DNA from: the human T2T-CHM13v2.0 reference genome, Homo sapiens
Strand: one strand, 5' to 3'
Length of the DNA stretch: 64,000 nucleotides
NCBI RefSeq assembly: GCF_009914755.1
Contig: NC_060926.1
Below are positions 1 to 13,100 of this stretch, piece after piece. How positions within the stretch are numbered: the first letter of the stretch is position 1; each line of letters starts with the position of its first letter. The notes under the pieces were generated by a model, which was not told the origin of the DNA, did not search any database, and saw only the letters and a program-made list of their open reading frames with translations. The position numbers and the translations under genes were made by a program.

Positions 1-29
1 GCAGACATATTAATCTTAGAAATACCATA

Positions 30-563
30 TGTACGGAAGGCAAGCCCTAAAATGATCCCAAAGGAAAAATGCCTGGTGATATCCATGCCTGTACGTAATC
101 TCCTCCCTCTGACTGTTAGCTGGAATTCTTGCCTTGCCTCTAATGAGTAAAATATTCCAGAAATCATGAGACTCCACTTCTGAAATTAGGTTCTGAAAGG
201 ACCGTGACTTCCACCTTGGGCATTCTTTCTTCCTTTTCCCTAGACTGCTTGCCTTAGGGAAATTCAGATATCATATTGTGAGATAGCTTTGTGAAAGCCC
301 ACATGGTAAGGGACTAAGGCCTGACAATAACCACTTGAGTCAGCTTGGAAGTGGATCACCTTCCTCAGTTGAGTACAGGTGAAGCCACTGTCCTGGCCAA
401 CAGCTCAATGGCTGCTTCATGAGAGATTATGAACCAGAGGTGTCCATGTAAGCCAGCCTCCTTATTTGACCCATGGGTTCCTGACTGTAACAAGTATTTG
501 AGGTTTTAAGCCCCTGTCTCTAATTTTAGGTATAATTTGATATGCAGCAATAGATATCTAAGT
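30..563 (+). mobile_element. MaLR solo LTR, MLT1F-like
   Basis: Starts tgtacggaaggcaagccctaaaatgatccc, contains cttggaagtggatc and ctcatgagag-like blocks, ends tttgatatgcagcaatagat; follows MLT1F layout as recalled. Confidence 0.7.
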
Positions 564-2330
564 TAATAAGGAGATACTACAAAGAATTCTATGCCCATAA
601 ATTTGATAACATAAATGTTAGCGAACCAACTTTTTGAAGACACTACCAAAATTCACTCAAGAAGAAACAGATAACCTGAGTAATTGTATATCTATTTATA
701 AAATTGAATTGTTTAAAATGTTTCAAAAAAAGGCTTAGATGGCTTCATTCATGAATATTACCAAATATTTAAATAATACCAATGAAATAATATTTCTTCT
801 AAGAAATAAAGAGGAAAGAATATTTCCCAACTCATCTTATGAGACCAGCACTGTCCTAATATTAAAACCATAAAAAGCTATTACAAGAAAATTACAAACC
901 GGTGTCCCTCATGAACCCAGATACAAAAATCTTCCAAAAAATTTAGCAAATGAAATCCAGCAATCTATACAAAAAATAACATATCACGAGTAATTTGAGT
1001 TTGTCCCTGGAAGTCAAGGCTCATTTATTCCAAAATCTATCAATATCATGAATGATATAGTAGACTTAGTAGAAAATAAAATAAAAGTTCAATATATGTA
1101 GGAAAAAGCATTCGATGCCTTGTCACAAAGATGTCACTAAAGGCAAAGAAGCCCCTGCTCTTCCCAAAGCCAAAGCCAAACCAAAGGTTTTGAGAGCCAA
1201 GAAGGCAGTACTGAAAGGTGTCTATAGACACAGATCCATATGTCACCCATCTTCCAGTCACCCAAAATACTTTGGATTTGGAGGCAGCCCAAATATTTTT
1301 GGAAGTGTGTCCCCAGGAGAAAGAAGCTTGACCACTATGCCATCATCAATTTTCCTTGACCATAGAGTTGGCCATGAAGAAGAAGGACAACAACAACACA
1401 CTTGTGTTTATTGTGGATGTCAAGGCCAACAAGTACCAGACCAAACAGGCTGTGGAAAAGTTCTATGACATTGACATGACCAGTGCCAACACCTTGATCA
1501 GGCCTGATGGAGAGAAGAAGACATTTGTTTGACTGGCTCCTGACTATGATGCTTTGGATATAGCCAACACAATTGGGATTATTAAAACTGAGTCCAGCTG
1601 GTTGATTCTAAATATACGGTTTTCACCAAGACAAAAAAAGCATTTAACAAAATTTAACATCCATTTATGATATCAACTTCTAGAAAACTAGGAATGGAAA
1701 GGGACTTATCCTAATACGGGTCATCTCCAAAAGCCTACATAAAACTTCATATGTAGTAGTAAAACACTAAACGTTTTCCCTCTAAGTTCTAGAACAAGGC
1801 ATCAGTGTCATTTTCCACTACTCATATTTAATATTGTCCTATAAATCCAATATAATAAGTTAGGAAAGGTAATAAAAAGGATGTAGATCAGAAAAAAATT
1901 CAAACTATTTGCATATGACATGGTTGTCTGCATAGAAAGTCTCAAAAAAATGTACAAAAAAGTTTATAGCACTAAGAAAAGAGTTTATCCAGGTTGTAAG
2001 GTACAATGTCAAAACTAAAAAATCCTTTATATAATAAATTTGAAATATGCAATTATAAAAACAGTGCCATTTATGATACCATAATAAACATGTTGACATA
2101 AATCTAAAGAAAAACTATGTTGTATCTGTATGAAAACTGCAGAAGACTGATAAGAGAAATAATAATCATAACTTAAATTGAGAGATACACCATGTTCCTG
2201 GATTGGAAGGCTCAATAGAGTTAAAATGTCAGTTATCCTTAATTTGATTGAAAAAATTAATTCTAAGAAATCCCAATCAAAATTCTAGCTGGGTTTTTGT
2301 AGATATTAAAAAGCTGATTCTAAAATTTAT
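564..2330 (+). mobile_element. Ancient L1M ORF2 (RT region) fragment, split by RPL23A pseudogene
   Basis: Degenerate ORF2 motifs: gatggcttcattcatgaatattaccaa (DGFTxEFYQ), ctcatcttatgagaccagc (SFYEAS), gaaaaagcattcga/caaaatt (EKAFDKI), ctatttgcatatgacatg (LFADDM). Confidence 0.8.
1115..1640 (+). pseudogene. RPL23A: Processed pseudogene of ribosomal protein L23a
   Basis: KEAPALPKAKAKPKVLRAKKAVLKGV resembles the RPL23A N-terminus; downstream DNA follows [39 protein letters not shown] in shifted frames; intronless, has 3'UTR actgagtccagctg, short A tail and TSD aaaaagcatt (1103-1112 / 1635-1644). Confidence 0.93.
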
Positions 2331-2884
2331 CTTTCCTCAAATACCTGGTGATCTTTGGATACTTTTTAGAACTCAAGACTTAGGCTCTAAAAAGCCCACT
2401 GAAAGCTTTGTGTGTTTTGATGAGGCTTGTGCATTAGTGGGCTTCACTTGGAATGATAGAGCAGTGCCTCTGCGTTTTGTTGGAAGGCTCACACACCAGC
2501 ATTTACTGGGCTTTTCTCTGGGGCTGCTTACTTTCTCTTGTGAGGGACCAGTATGTTTCTGATTTAGTGAGTGTTGAAACATGCCCAGTTGTCAATATTC
2601 TCTGTTTCTGACTTAGTGTGTGTTGAAATATGTCCAGCTGTCAACATTCTATTCAGGTGAGCTGGGGAATAGAATTGGAGTGGGGAATGGGGGCGGCATG
2701 TGGTTTCGTATTTAATGGGTAAAATTTTACTTAACCTCTTATGTTTATTGCAATTTATCATCCCCACTTTCTATTGACTGGTTTCTCTGAGTCTGGAAGT
2801 TCTGTGATTCCATTTTTCTAGGAAAAAAGCTTCTAGTCTTCCCACAGAAAGAAATAAACATATAGCTGTCAAGAAAGCAGAAGA

Positions 2885-3223
<339 letters not shown>

Positions 3224-3649
3224 TCATGCTCACTTTAAATTGACCACCACACTTTCTATTTCATCCTTCATCTCCTTTGGAAGTAAATGTTGCCTCTATC
3301 CTGAGCATCATATGGGTTTTGCTTAACAAGTTAGTGTGCCTTGTATTGGCACCATCATGCTGGTATTGATGCTTGAACTATCTTTTCTTTTTTATGTCAA
3401 TAACTGTGCCTTTGTTCTCTTTCTATCTTAAAATATTTATGGACATCGTTCATTGACTATTGCCTTGTTTTCTATTGACATCCATTTCCTGCCATTTTTG
3501 TGGAGTTGCATAAGACAGTAGAGATAAATGATTATTTTAACTCAAGCCATTTAATGTCTGAGGTTGATATGACTTTCACATGATTCTTGGTCATTCTCTT
3601 TTTCTTTTGTGAAATCTCAGTTTATAGCCTTTGCCCATTATTCTGTTGC

Positions 3650-3651
<2 letters not shown>

Positions 3652-3679
<28 letters not shown>
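3652..3679. repeat. (TG)n microsatellite
   Basis: About 14 TG units. Confidence 0.95.
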
Positions 3680-3680
<1 letters not shown>

Positions 3681-4084
3681 ACGTGTGTTCATGCACACAT
3701 ACACTTTACTGTTTGTAGGCAATCATTACTTCCTGGGAGATAAAAGTAATTGGAACAGAAAAGAAAGTTGGGCCAGTAAGTCACACAAGCATGACTTCAC
3801 TTTTGACTAAGAAAAACAAAGAGTATTTACTAAAATATTTTTAATTATTAAAAAATATGTATAAATTTCCCACCTTATATTATACACAATGCTAAGATGT
3901 GAAAACTGGAAAGCTGAGCTTTTATTTTTTATCACAGTATCAAATATAATTCCTGTGCCTCGCCATCTACCCAACCTGGCCTCAGTTGTTTGTGTTGCTT
4001 CTGACCTGAGGATCCCTATATACAATTTTGATTGAGGTTGTATTGAATCTATAAACCAGTTTTTAGGAAATGCATACATTTGCA

Positions 4085-5010
4085 AAGCTATATTTTTCAA
4101 ACTAAAAACATTTACTACTTCACCCACTTTTCAGTGTACAGTTTAGTGGCACTAAGTATATTCCCAATGTTGGGTGATCATTAACCACCATTCATCTTCA
4201 GAATATTCTTCATCTTCTCAAAATGAAACTGCATAACCATTAAAGAATAACTCTCCATTTCCCTTTTCCCCTTAAAGATGGCAACCATGATTCTACTTTC
4301 TTTTTCTCTACTTTCTACTTTCTGTCTTTATGAATTTGATTAATCTAGGTACCTCAGATAAATGAAATCATATAGCATTTGTCTATTTGTCCTTCTGTGA
4401 TTAGCTTATTTTTCTTAACGTTATGTCAAGTTTCATGGACATTGCTGCATGTGCCAAAATTTCTATCTTTTTTACGGTTGAATAATATTTTATTGTATGT
4501 ATATACCACATTTTGTTTATTCAAACATCCATCGATGTATACTTGGCTTGCTTCTTCCTTTTGGCAGTTGTGAATAACACTGTTTAAAACATTGGTGTGC
4601 AAATATTTGTTCAAGACTGTGCTGTCAACTCTTTTGGAAGTAGAATTCCTGACTCATCTGTATTTTTAATTTTTTGAAGAATTGCCATACCATTTTGGCT
4701 TGCAGCTGTATCATTTTAAATTGCCACCAGTAGTACACAAGAATTCCTATTTCTTCACATTCTTGCCAACACTTGTTACCTGTTAGCCATCCAAACAAGT
4801 ATGAAGTTATATCTCATTGTGGTTTGGTTTTAATTTTCACTTTCCTAATGATTAGTAATGTTGAGCATCTTTTCATGTACTTATTAGCCATTGATATATA
4901 TTCTTTGGAGAAATACCTATTCAAGTCTTTTGTTTATTTTTTAAATCAAGTTTTGTTGTTGAATTTTAGGGATTCTTTATATATTTTGTATATTGAACTT
5001 GTTATCAGAT
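4085..5010 (-). mobile_element. L1MB-type 3' end fragment
   Basis: Typical antisense L1M 3' text: aagtgtacagtttagtggc-like, attgtatgtatataccacattttg, ctcattgtggttt, gagcatcttttcatg, ctattcaagtc. Confidence 0.8.
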
Positions 5011-5149
5011 TTGTGCCTTGAAAATACTCAATCTGATGTTTTACACTGACTTATCTTGTAGTTCACAATTCTCTTTTCTGTGTTCAATCTAATAGACCTA
5101 TCTATTAAATATTTAATTTTGATTACTGTATTTTTCAGCTTTTATGATA

Positions 5150-5545
5150 TAAGAGAATGAACCCTAGACTGACTGATAGATACTGGTAAATTCTACCAAT
5201 CAGAAATACTGGCAGGAGATTAAAGGAGGGAAGGAGACTGAGGGCAGGCTATTTATTACGCTAATCTCCTCCCTCCATCCCTGGAGAGCATTCATATTTT
5301 TGCAGGATCAGGTTCTGCCAGGCACTCTCTAGCACACATTTCTCTCTCTGTGTCCAGTAATTGCTTTTTCCCTCACCTCTTCAGCATTAATGGGGATAAT
5401 GTGCTGCTGCTATTACCAGTTCTCAGATATTGGACTAATGCTAGTGTTTTCCTTATATACTACACTTAGCTTTGTAAATAATCCTTTCATTCGACACTCC
5501 TCAAATCACGCATACCATATTTTTGTACCTGGGACAGTGACTATA
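5150..5545 (+). mobile_element. LTR33-like ERVL LTR
   Basis: ctggcaggagattaaaggagggaaggagactgaggg...tatttatt and ctttgtaaataatcctttcatt...ctcctcaaat match LTR33 hallmarks as recalled. Confidence 0.65.
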
Positions 5546-5559
5546 GTGGATTTGATATG

Positions 5560-6190
5560 TAGAAAATTTTAGTTTATCATTATTTACTAGCTTCTGGAGT
5601 TTGGCCTACTTTAAAAGGCTATTGCGATGCACATATTTTATAAATAAAATATCCCATGTTTACTTTTACTACTTTTATGGCTTCAAACTTTACATTTAAA
5701 TCTATGATCCATCTGGATTTTCTTGTGATTTTAGAAGTGAAGTATAACTTATATTTTTCCTACACTTTTTTATGGCCATTTTTGTTTATTTATGTTCTGT
5801 TTGACTTTTGGAATCTGCTTATCAAATTTAAAAAAATACTTTTTTTGACAAATATATAATGTATAAATTCACTTACGGATAAATGGCATCTTTAGGAGAC
5901 TACTTAGTCATGAAGGCCATACTGTTTTTCATTCAGTTATTTGTTTGTATTTCTCACTAGCTTTTCTGATTTTTCTTTGCAGAGATCTTTTACAGTTCCT
6001 GTTACCTCTGGTATTTTATCAAAGTTGTTATTGTAAATGTTGTTTTCTTTCATTATAACTTGTAAGAGGTTTTTATTTGCATATACAAAGCCTGGTGATT
6101 CTTGATATTGTTATTTTAATTTTGAACCCAGCCACTTTACTGAATTATCTTTTTGTTTCTAGCAGTTTAAAATTTTCTGATTTTCCCTTT
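5560..6190 (-). mobile_element. Ancient L1ME ORF2 fragments
   Basis: tttacatttaaatctatgatccatctgga and ccagccactttactgaatt resemble antisense L1 ORF2. Confidence 0.5.
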
Positions 6191-6294
6191 AGCTAGCCTC
6201 TGATAACAGAACATAGAAGAGGCATTCAGACTGTGTGGTCAGTAAAAGCTTCAAGTAGGAGTTGATCCCTCAGCTGAGTCCCCAGGTTCAAGTC

Positions 6295-6695
6295 TGTCTT
6301 AGTCCATTTTGTCCATAGGTATTTCTAAAAGGAATACCTAAGGCTGAGTAATTTATAAAGAGGTTTATTTGACTCATGGTTCTGCAAGCTGTACAAGAAG
6401 CGTGGTGCCAGTGTCTGCTTCTGGTGAGGGCTTCAGGTTGCTTCCACGCATGGAGGAGATGAAGGAGAGCTGATATTGGGGCTGGCCTGGGGGAGGTTCC
6501 AGGCTCTTTTTACAACCAGCTGTCATGGGAACTAACAGAATTCACTCATCCCTGCCCACTCACAGGGAGAGCATTAATCTCTTCATGAAGGATCTGTCCC
6601 TATGACCCAAACACCCCCAACTAGGTCCCACCTCCAACCATTGGAGATTAAATTTCAACAAGAGCTTTGGAAGCTCAAATATTCAAACTATAACA
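6295..6695 (-). mobile_element. MaLR LTR, MSTB-like
   Basis: tgtcttagtccattttg...aggaatacctaaggctgagtaatttataaag...ttcaaactataaca is the reverse complement of an MST LTR. Confidence 0.85.
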
Positions 6696-6719
6696 AATTT
6701 GTATCTTGATAATTTTAGG

Positions 6720-7400
6720 TAAAACTGAGAGGAATGTGAGAAGAATGTTCTAGCTTAAGGAAGGAAGATATGATAATGGTTAGAAGGAACAAAGCATGTG
6801 GTTGACTTGAGAACTTAAACATCGTTCAGTATCACATGGCAATAGGCTATGAAATGGAGAGCTGTGAGACATGAAGGATAAGAAAGGCTGAGTTCACTTA
6901 GGGCCTTTCAAAGAAAGAGATCAGGATTTATTCTAAAAACAATGGAAGCAACTGCAGGATATTAGAAGAGCAACTTGCTGACCCAGAGAATGTATCCTTG
7001 TGGTTAAGGTGTCTGGTATAAGATTGTTGTAATAATATGGGAGATGAACTTTGTTATATGAATAAAGAGGAATGCATGGGTTGAACACATACAAACAGGG
7101 TAAAATCTGCAAAATTTGGTGACTGACTGCCAGAAAAAAGAAAGGAAAGCAAGAGGTTAAAAATTCTTGCTGAGCAGTGGGTGAGGGAAGGGATTTGTGA
7201 GAGGAAGGAGATGAGTTCAATTACAGTGAGTTTGCATTTGAGAAGCCTATGGAATACATGCATAGTAATTTACTTAATATATCTATGTATTAGGTCAATG
7301 CAATTCATTTATTTATTCAACAAATATTGATTAAATATTCTCTCCATGTCAGATACATTCTTCATGGACATACATTAGGATCTGCTTCCTGCCCTGCTGT
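6720..7400 (-). mobile_element. L2 fragments
   Basis: Purine-rich L2-like text (gatgagttcaatt...gagtttg) and L2 3' end attcatttatttattcaacaaatatt. Confidence 0.6.
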
Positions 7401-7471
7401 AGCAATTGACAAAGGAGGGTGAATGTATATAAGTACTTGATACATTTTGTATCTACAAAAAGCAAGGTGAC

Positions 7472-8308
7472 TATTATAGGATGAATTGTATTCCCTTCAA
7501 ATTCATATATTAAATTTCCAGTCCATAGTACCTCAGTGTATTTGGAGATAAAGTCTTTAAAGAGTGATTAAGCTAAATAAAGCCATCAGGATGGGGCCCT
7601 AATTCAATGTAACTGATGTCCTTATAAGAAAAGGAAGAGATACCGGGGATGTACATGCACAGAGGATGCACAGAAGAAAGAGTATGGGGAGAGGCAGCAA
7701 GAGGATGGTTATCTGTAAGACAAGGATAAAGGCCTTAGAGAAATCAACCTTTCTGGCACTTTGATCTTGGACTTCCCCTTTAGAACTGTGAGAAATAAAC
7801 TTCTGTTATTGAAGCCAGTCTGTGGTATTTTATTATGGCAGGCTGCTGTGATTTGGGTATGGTCTGTTTGTCCCCACCAAATCTCATCTTGAAATTTAAT
7901 TCCCAGTGTGGTGGTGCTAGGGGGTGGGGCCTAGCAAGAGGTGTTTTGGTCATGAGGGTGGATCTCTTATGAATAGATTGAGGCCCTTGCTAGGGGTTGA
8001 GTCTCACTCTGTTAGTTTCTCACTCTGTTAGTTTCTGAACAAGCGAGTTGTTAAAGCCTGGCAGCCCTCCTCTGTGCTCTCTTGCCATGTGATCCCTGCA
8101 CACCTCGGCTTGCCTTTGATGTCTGCCACTAGTGGAAGCAGCCTGAGACCCTCACCAGAAGATAACCAGATGCCAGCATCATGCTTCTTGTACAGCTTGC
8201 AGAACCATGAGCCAAATAAAGCTATTTTCTTTATAAATTACTCAGCCTCAGGTATTCCTTTATAGCAACAGAAAATGGACTAAGACACAGCCCTAGAAAA
8301 CGAATACA
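7472..8308 (+). mobile_element. MLT1B-like LTR, interrupted near its 3' end by an MST LTR
   Basis: gaattgtattccc...gtatttggagata...ccttataagaa...ccagtctgtggtatttt; terminal cagccctagaaaacgaataca resumes at 8288. Confidence 0.8.
7844..8287 (+). mobile_element. MSTB-like LTR nested in MLT1B
   Basis: tgctgtgatttgggtatggtctgtttgtccccaccaaatctcat...ggactaagaca; 5-bp TSD caggc/cagcc. Confidence 0.85.
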
Positions 8309-8774
8309 GTGCCCAATAATTAAAATGTGCATTCACATCCATACAGAGCAAACAGATTAACAATAAAGAGAGTTCGAGAACCAGCCAAGAAAGATGCATG
8401 CAAATTACTTTTCTTAAATATTTTTCAGAAAGTAATTAAATATGTAAGTTCAATACTAGATTGGACTGTATTCTTTCAGCAAAGGGTATAATTTATTAAT
8501 ATAACTTTTGCAAGTTTTAATCACTTTATTATCTTTGCCATTTTCTTTGCTGACAAATGAAATTTGTATTATTCTTTAGAGTCTCAAAATAATTCAAATT
8601 CAGGGATAAAGTATGGAAAATAAAATATTTCTTATTCTGTGACATGGAGTAATTAAGTGATATGCTTAAGCATGTTGACCTTTCATTTATACTCCATTAT
8701 TTTGCCACTTTATTCATAATGTATTATACAGAGCCAATGTTCCCAGAAGGTAAATAACAAGGGTTTAGAACATT

Positions 8775-8775
<1 letters not shown>

Positions 8776-8811
<36 letters not shown>

Positions 8812-8823
8812 TTTTTTTTTTTT
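8776..8823. repeat. (TAGA)n tetranucleotide STR followed by a T run
   Basis: About 8 perfect TAGA units, then about 13 T. Confidence 0.95.
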
Positions 8824-10601
8824 AGTAAATGCTAGTTCTTCAGCCTTTAACAAATTATTACTAGGAAATAAATTCATACTTAAATGTATTTGGAACATAC
8901 AGTTTGTGATATCAATATGAAAACATAGCTCTGAAGAGAAAATAATTTTTTTGCAGCTATGATTTGATTGGATCTTTTGAGCTGAAAATACTGGATCAAT
9001 CATGGCCAAGAAGTCAAGGGGCTGACCTCCGTAGGTCACTTAAATTCAACATATTTTTTCCCAGTCACTGCCTTTCTTCTAGAGTGTATGCAAATTGGAT
9101 AACAGTGTCCACTTTAAAGTGTTTCCAGAGGCCAAGAGTTAAGAAATGTATTTTCCTACTGGTGAATTTACTTTTTAAGAATCATCAGATTATGTTTTAG
9201 TAGCAACTGATTTCCCCTTTAAACGCTTGAAAAATATAATAAGGGCTCAGTTGCAGATATGGGACAGTTTTTTTCTCATCCCAGGCCTCTGGTTTGTGTA
9301 ATGTGTTAGTTTGGAAGCCAACTTGTACCCGCTTAAATAATAAAAAGAATTTGCTAGTGCACATGCTGAAATGTCCAGAGTGTTGGCAGACTATAGGCAC
9401 TAATTAATTGGGTTTCTATTTCATCTTTCAGAGATTTTTTTGGTGTTTCCTCTTAAGCTTGTTGACCATATTCCCTCAAGGGCTCAAAAGTGCTACAGCA
9501 GGTCCTCATCTCACTGAGAGAATTTTGACCAAATAGGACCCAACCTTAGATCCTGGAGTGGGGAATGTTCCTAGTAGTAGCCCAAGGGGACGAGATACTG
9601 TAAAGGCTCTTCTATCTTTAGATGTGATTATGCACTAAGATCTTTTTAAATTTTAAATAAAATGAGCCAAGCTCATTTTGAAAAACTTGGCTAGTTCATG
9701 AAGTTGATTCTAATATTAGCCAAATAATGTTGCTTTTAAAATAACAAAAACCTAGCAATGTATATTCCATCTGGCTCATAATAACCAAGCAAGTCTATGA
9801 CAGAGGTTTTTTAATTCTTAACCCTAGTACTACTGTGCTTATTTTAAAGAGGGTTGGAGACCATCTAAGTGACCCTACATTTTCTAAGAACCTGCCAGTT
9901 GATTTAATGTAGAGATTGGGCAATTAGAAATCAATACTTACAAGGCTCCTTTAGGGAAATTAATTTTATTAGGTTCTGATCTAACTGATTAGGCAGCAAT
10001 CAGACTTCTTTGTCTTCAAAATAATGCAGTTAATGTGACAACAACGTTTCATTTACTCTGATTAGGATTCTCAATTAGGACATCAAGGATATGTAAGATA
10101 AATGATGACAGGTCTACGAAGAAGTTGGGACTGATTTAGAGCCAACTTTGTATTATTTAACTGTGTTTAATACCACAAAAGAACTGAATGAGATATTGTT
10201 TATAGTCATACTTTAATATTTATTGCATGGATATAATATTATTTCTGGGGCACAGAATCTTTTACATACACTCATTCAGTAATCATTTCCTGAATATCCA
10301 TTATGCATATGAAACTTTTAAATGTAAAAAAGTAAGAAAGATACAGTTTTTATATGCAAATATCTTATGATCCAATGGGATAGATATATCCATAAAGAAT
10401 ATAAATCTAAGTACTGAAAAGGAAATATAAATAATATTCTGGTAGAAAAAGGAAAAAAGAACAATTGTCCTGGAAGATTGGAAAGTCTTTCTAGAGGAAG
10501 CAATATTTCAATTGGTACTTGAGAGATGAGAACAGTGGTAAGTGGAGGTGGAGCAGGACTCTCTCTCCCATGTAGAAAGAGTGATGCCACAAAGGAGCAT
10601 A

Positions 10602-11124
10602 CAGTTGACCTTCCATATCCATGGCCTCCACATACATAGATTCAACCAATCATTGATTGAAAATATTTGGGGAGAAAAATGGATGGTTGCACCTGTACTG
10701 AACATGTACAGACTATTTTTCCTGTCAAGTTTCTTCAAACAGTACACTCTAAGAACTATTTACATAGCATTTACATTGTGTTAGGTACTATAAGTAATCT
10801 AGAGATTATTTAAAATATATGAGGAGGCTGGGCATGGTGATGCATGCTTGTAGTCCCACTGTTCAGGAGGTTGAGGCAGAAGATTGCTTAAGCACAAGAA
10901 TTTGAGACTACAGTGAGCTATGAATGCACAACTGCCCTCCATCCTGGGCAACACAGCAAGATCCTCTCTCTAAATAATAATAATAATAAAGTATATGGGA
11001 GGTTGTGCTAGGTTATATGCAAATACTACAGCATTTTATTATATGAGGGACTTGATACTGTGGATTTTGGTAAGGGGGTGGGGGGTCCTGGAAACAATAG
11101 CCTAGGGATAGCAAGGAACAACTG
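10602..11124 (-). mobile_element. MER2 (TcMar-Tigger) DNA transposon, split by an Alu monomer
   Basis: TA|cagttg...caactg|TA termini; internal gtactgaacatgtacagac, ataagtaatctagagat, ggttatatgcaaatactac. Confidence 0.85.
10826..10987 (+). mobile_element. Monomeric Alu (FRAM/FAM-like)
   Basis: Single right-arm-type monomer with (TAA)n tail; degenerate TSD aaaatatatgagga / aaagtatatggga. Confidence 0.8.
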
Positions 11125-11439
11125 TATGTGAATGTACGTAGTATAGTGGAAAATGGTGTAAAAGTATATTATGACCAAATTTACAACTGAAGGTCTTGAA
11201 TCTCATGCTAAGGAATTTAAACTCCATTTTATGGTTAATGGGGAATCATTGAAGAATGTGCAATATAAAAATGTATTTTTGTCATTTGTATTTTAAATTT
11301 TTATTTTATATATTGTATTTTAAGTTTTAAAATTTATGTCAGGCTTAATCCTGAATAATGCAGTGACATCAGGTTTCATATCTGAGAAATTATAGCATTT
11401 AGTCAATTTGGGGTTTTTTTGTGTGTTTCCTGTTTCATT

Positions 11440-11746
11440 TTGTTTTTTTGTTTTTGAGACAGAGTCTCATTCTGTCACCCAGGCTGGAGTGCAGTGGTGC
11501 AGTCACGGCTCACTGCAGCCTCATCACGGGCTCAAGTTATTCTCCCATTATATATCATTATTTTACCTCCCCAGTAGCTGAGACTTCAGGTGCACCACCA
11601 GGCCCAGCTAATATTTGTATTTTTTTGTAGAGACAGGGTGTCACCATGTTTCCCAGGCTGGTGTCAAACTCCTGGGCTCAAGCCATCGATCCTCCTCATC
11701 CTCCCGAAGTGCTGGGATTACAGGCATTAGCCACTACTCCCAGCCT
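11440..11746 (-). mobile_element. AluJ
   Basis: Antisense dimeric Alu with J-type ctcactgcagcctc and ctcctgggctcaag. Confidence 0.9.
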
Positions 11747-12696
11747 GGGTTATGTTTTAATAAGAAACAACACCCAAATTTTGATAGTTGAAAGGAACAA
11801 AGCCTTTTTTTTCTCATTATTTCACATGGCTGTGCCTAATTTTAAGGGCTGGTAGAAGTGGCATCCTCTTGAGTGCCCAAATGGAGAAGAGAACCAGGAA
11901 TATTGGCGAACATCATGAATATTTACCCCAGAATTCTTTTAAACGATGTCATTAACCAGACAGAGGGAGCAAGAAAGAAGGAAGAAGTAAATTTAATAAT
12001 GGATATGTTGCCTGCAGATTTCAGGTACCTATATATGTAATATAGCTAGAAATAAGGGTCTGAAACTGAGTGACACTAGAGGTAAGGCTGATACTCATCT
12101 ATATTCATATGGAATTTGAATCAATGGGCAAAGATGAGATCAGTAAGGTCAGATTGCAGAGAAAATATGTGTCCAAATCTTGGACAGAAAAGAAAAACAG
12201 ATGAACTGGGACACACAAAAGCCCAGTTAACCTTAAAAATGTCTAAGAATATCTGAATTTTAGAAATTGACATTTGATTAAAGAGTCATCTAAACTTTGT
12301 AGGCACCCACTTGAAGCCAGTATTAAATATTGAACCAGCCAATCACCTGCATTCATATAGTCATCAGTGAGGCTGTCTTCCTGGCAGAAACAAAGCACTG
12401 TTACACAAAGGGCTTTCTAATCATTTTCACTGGAATCATTTCATTCCAGTGAGATTGTAGTGTGCAGGAAAATAATTCCATATAGCTAATGGCAAAAAAG
12501 TAAAAACTCAATGTGATACAGCAGTTAATCTAGAAACAGGCAATGCTGATAACCAAGACTGAACATCTTCTGAACATCTTGAGGTGATTCTCAGCATGAT
12601 TAATGAAGAATTAGATCTGCTAAGGATGGTCTCTTGTGATAATCAATTTCCTCCCTAATCCAGAGCTTCTTTATGTTATCTATCTGCTTCAGGACC

Positions 12697-13100
12697 TTTT
12701 TTGTTTTTTTAATTTTAACTTTCATTTTAGATGCAGGGGGTACATGTGCAGGTTTGCTACATGGGTATATTGAACCCAAGTAGTAAGCATAGCACCCAAT
12801 AGGTTTTCAACCAGTGGCCCCCTCCTTCCCTCAGCCCTCTAGTTGTCCTCAGGATTTATTGTTGCCATCTTTATGTTCATGAGTACCCAATGTTTGGCTC
12901 CCACTTATAAGTGACATGTGGTGTTGGGTTTTCTGTTCCTGTATTAATTTGCTTAGGATTATGACCTCCAGCTCCATCCATGTTGCTGCAAAAGACATGA
13001 TTTCATTCTTTTTTATGGCTGTGTAGTATTCCATGGTGTATATGTACTACATTTTCTTTATTCAGTTCTACTATTAATGGGCACCTAGATTGATTCCATG
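12697..13100 (-). mobile_element. 5'-truncated L1 3' end (older L1PA/L1PB)
   Basis: ORF MEYYTAIKKNEIMSFAATWMELEVIILSKLIQEQK is the ORF2 C-terminus; 3'UTR and poly(A) remnant present. Confidence 0.9.

Noticed and set aside
1115-1468. 117-aa ORF as a novel protein
   Set aside because: It is the RPL23A N-terminus followed by out-of-frame pseudogene sequence.
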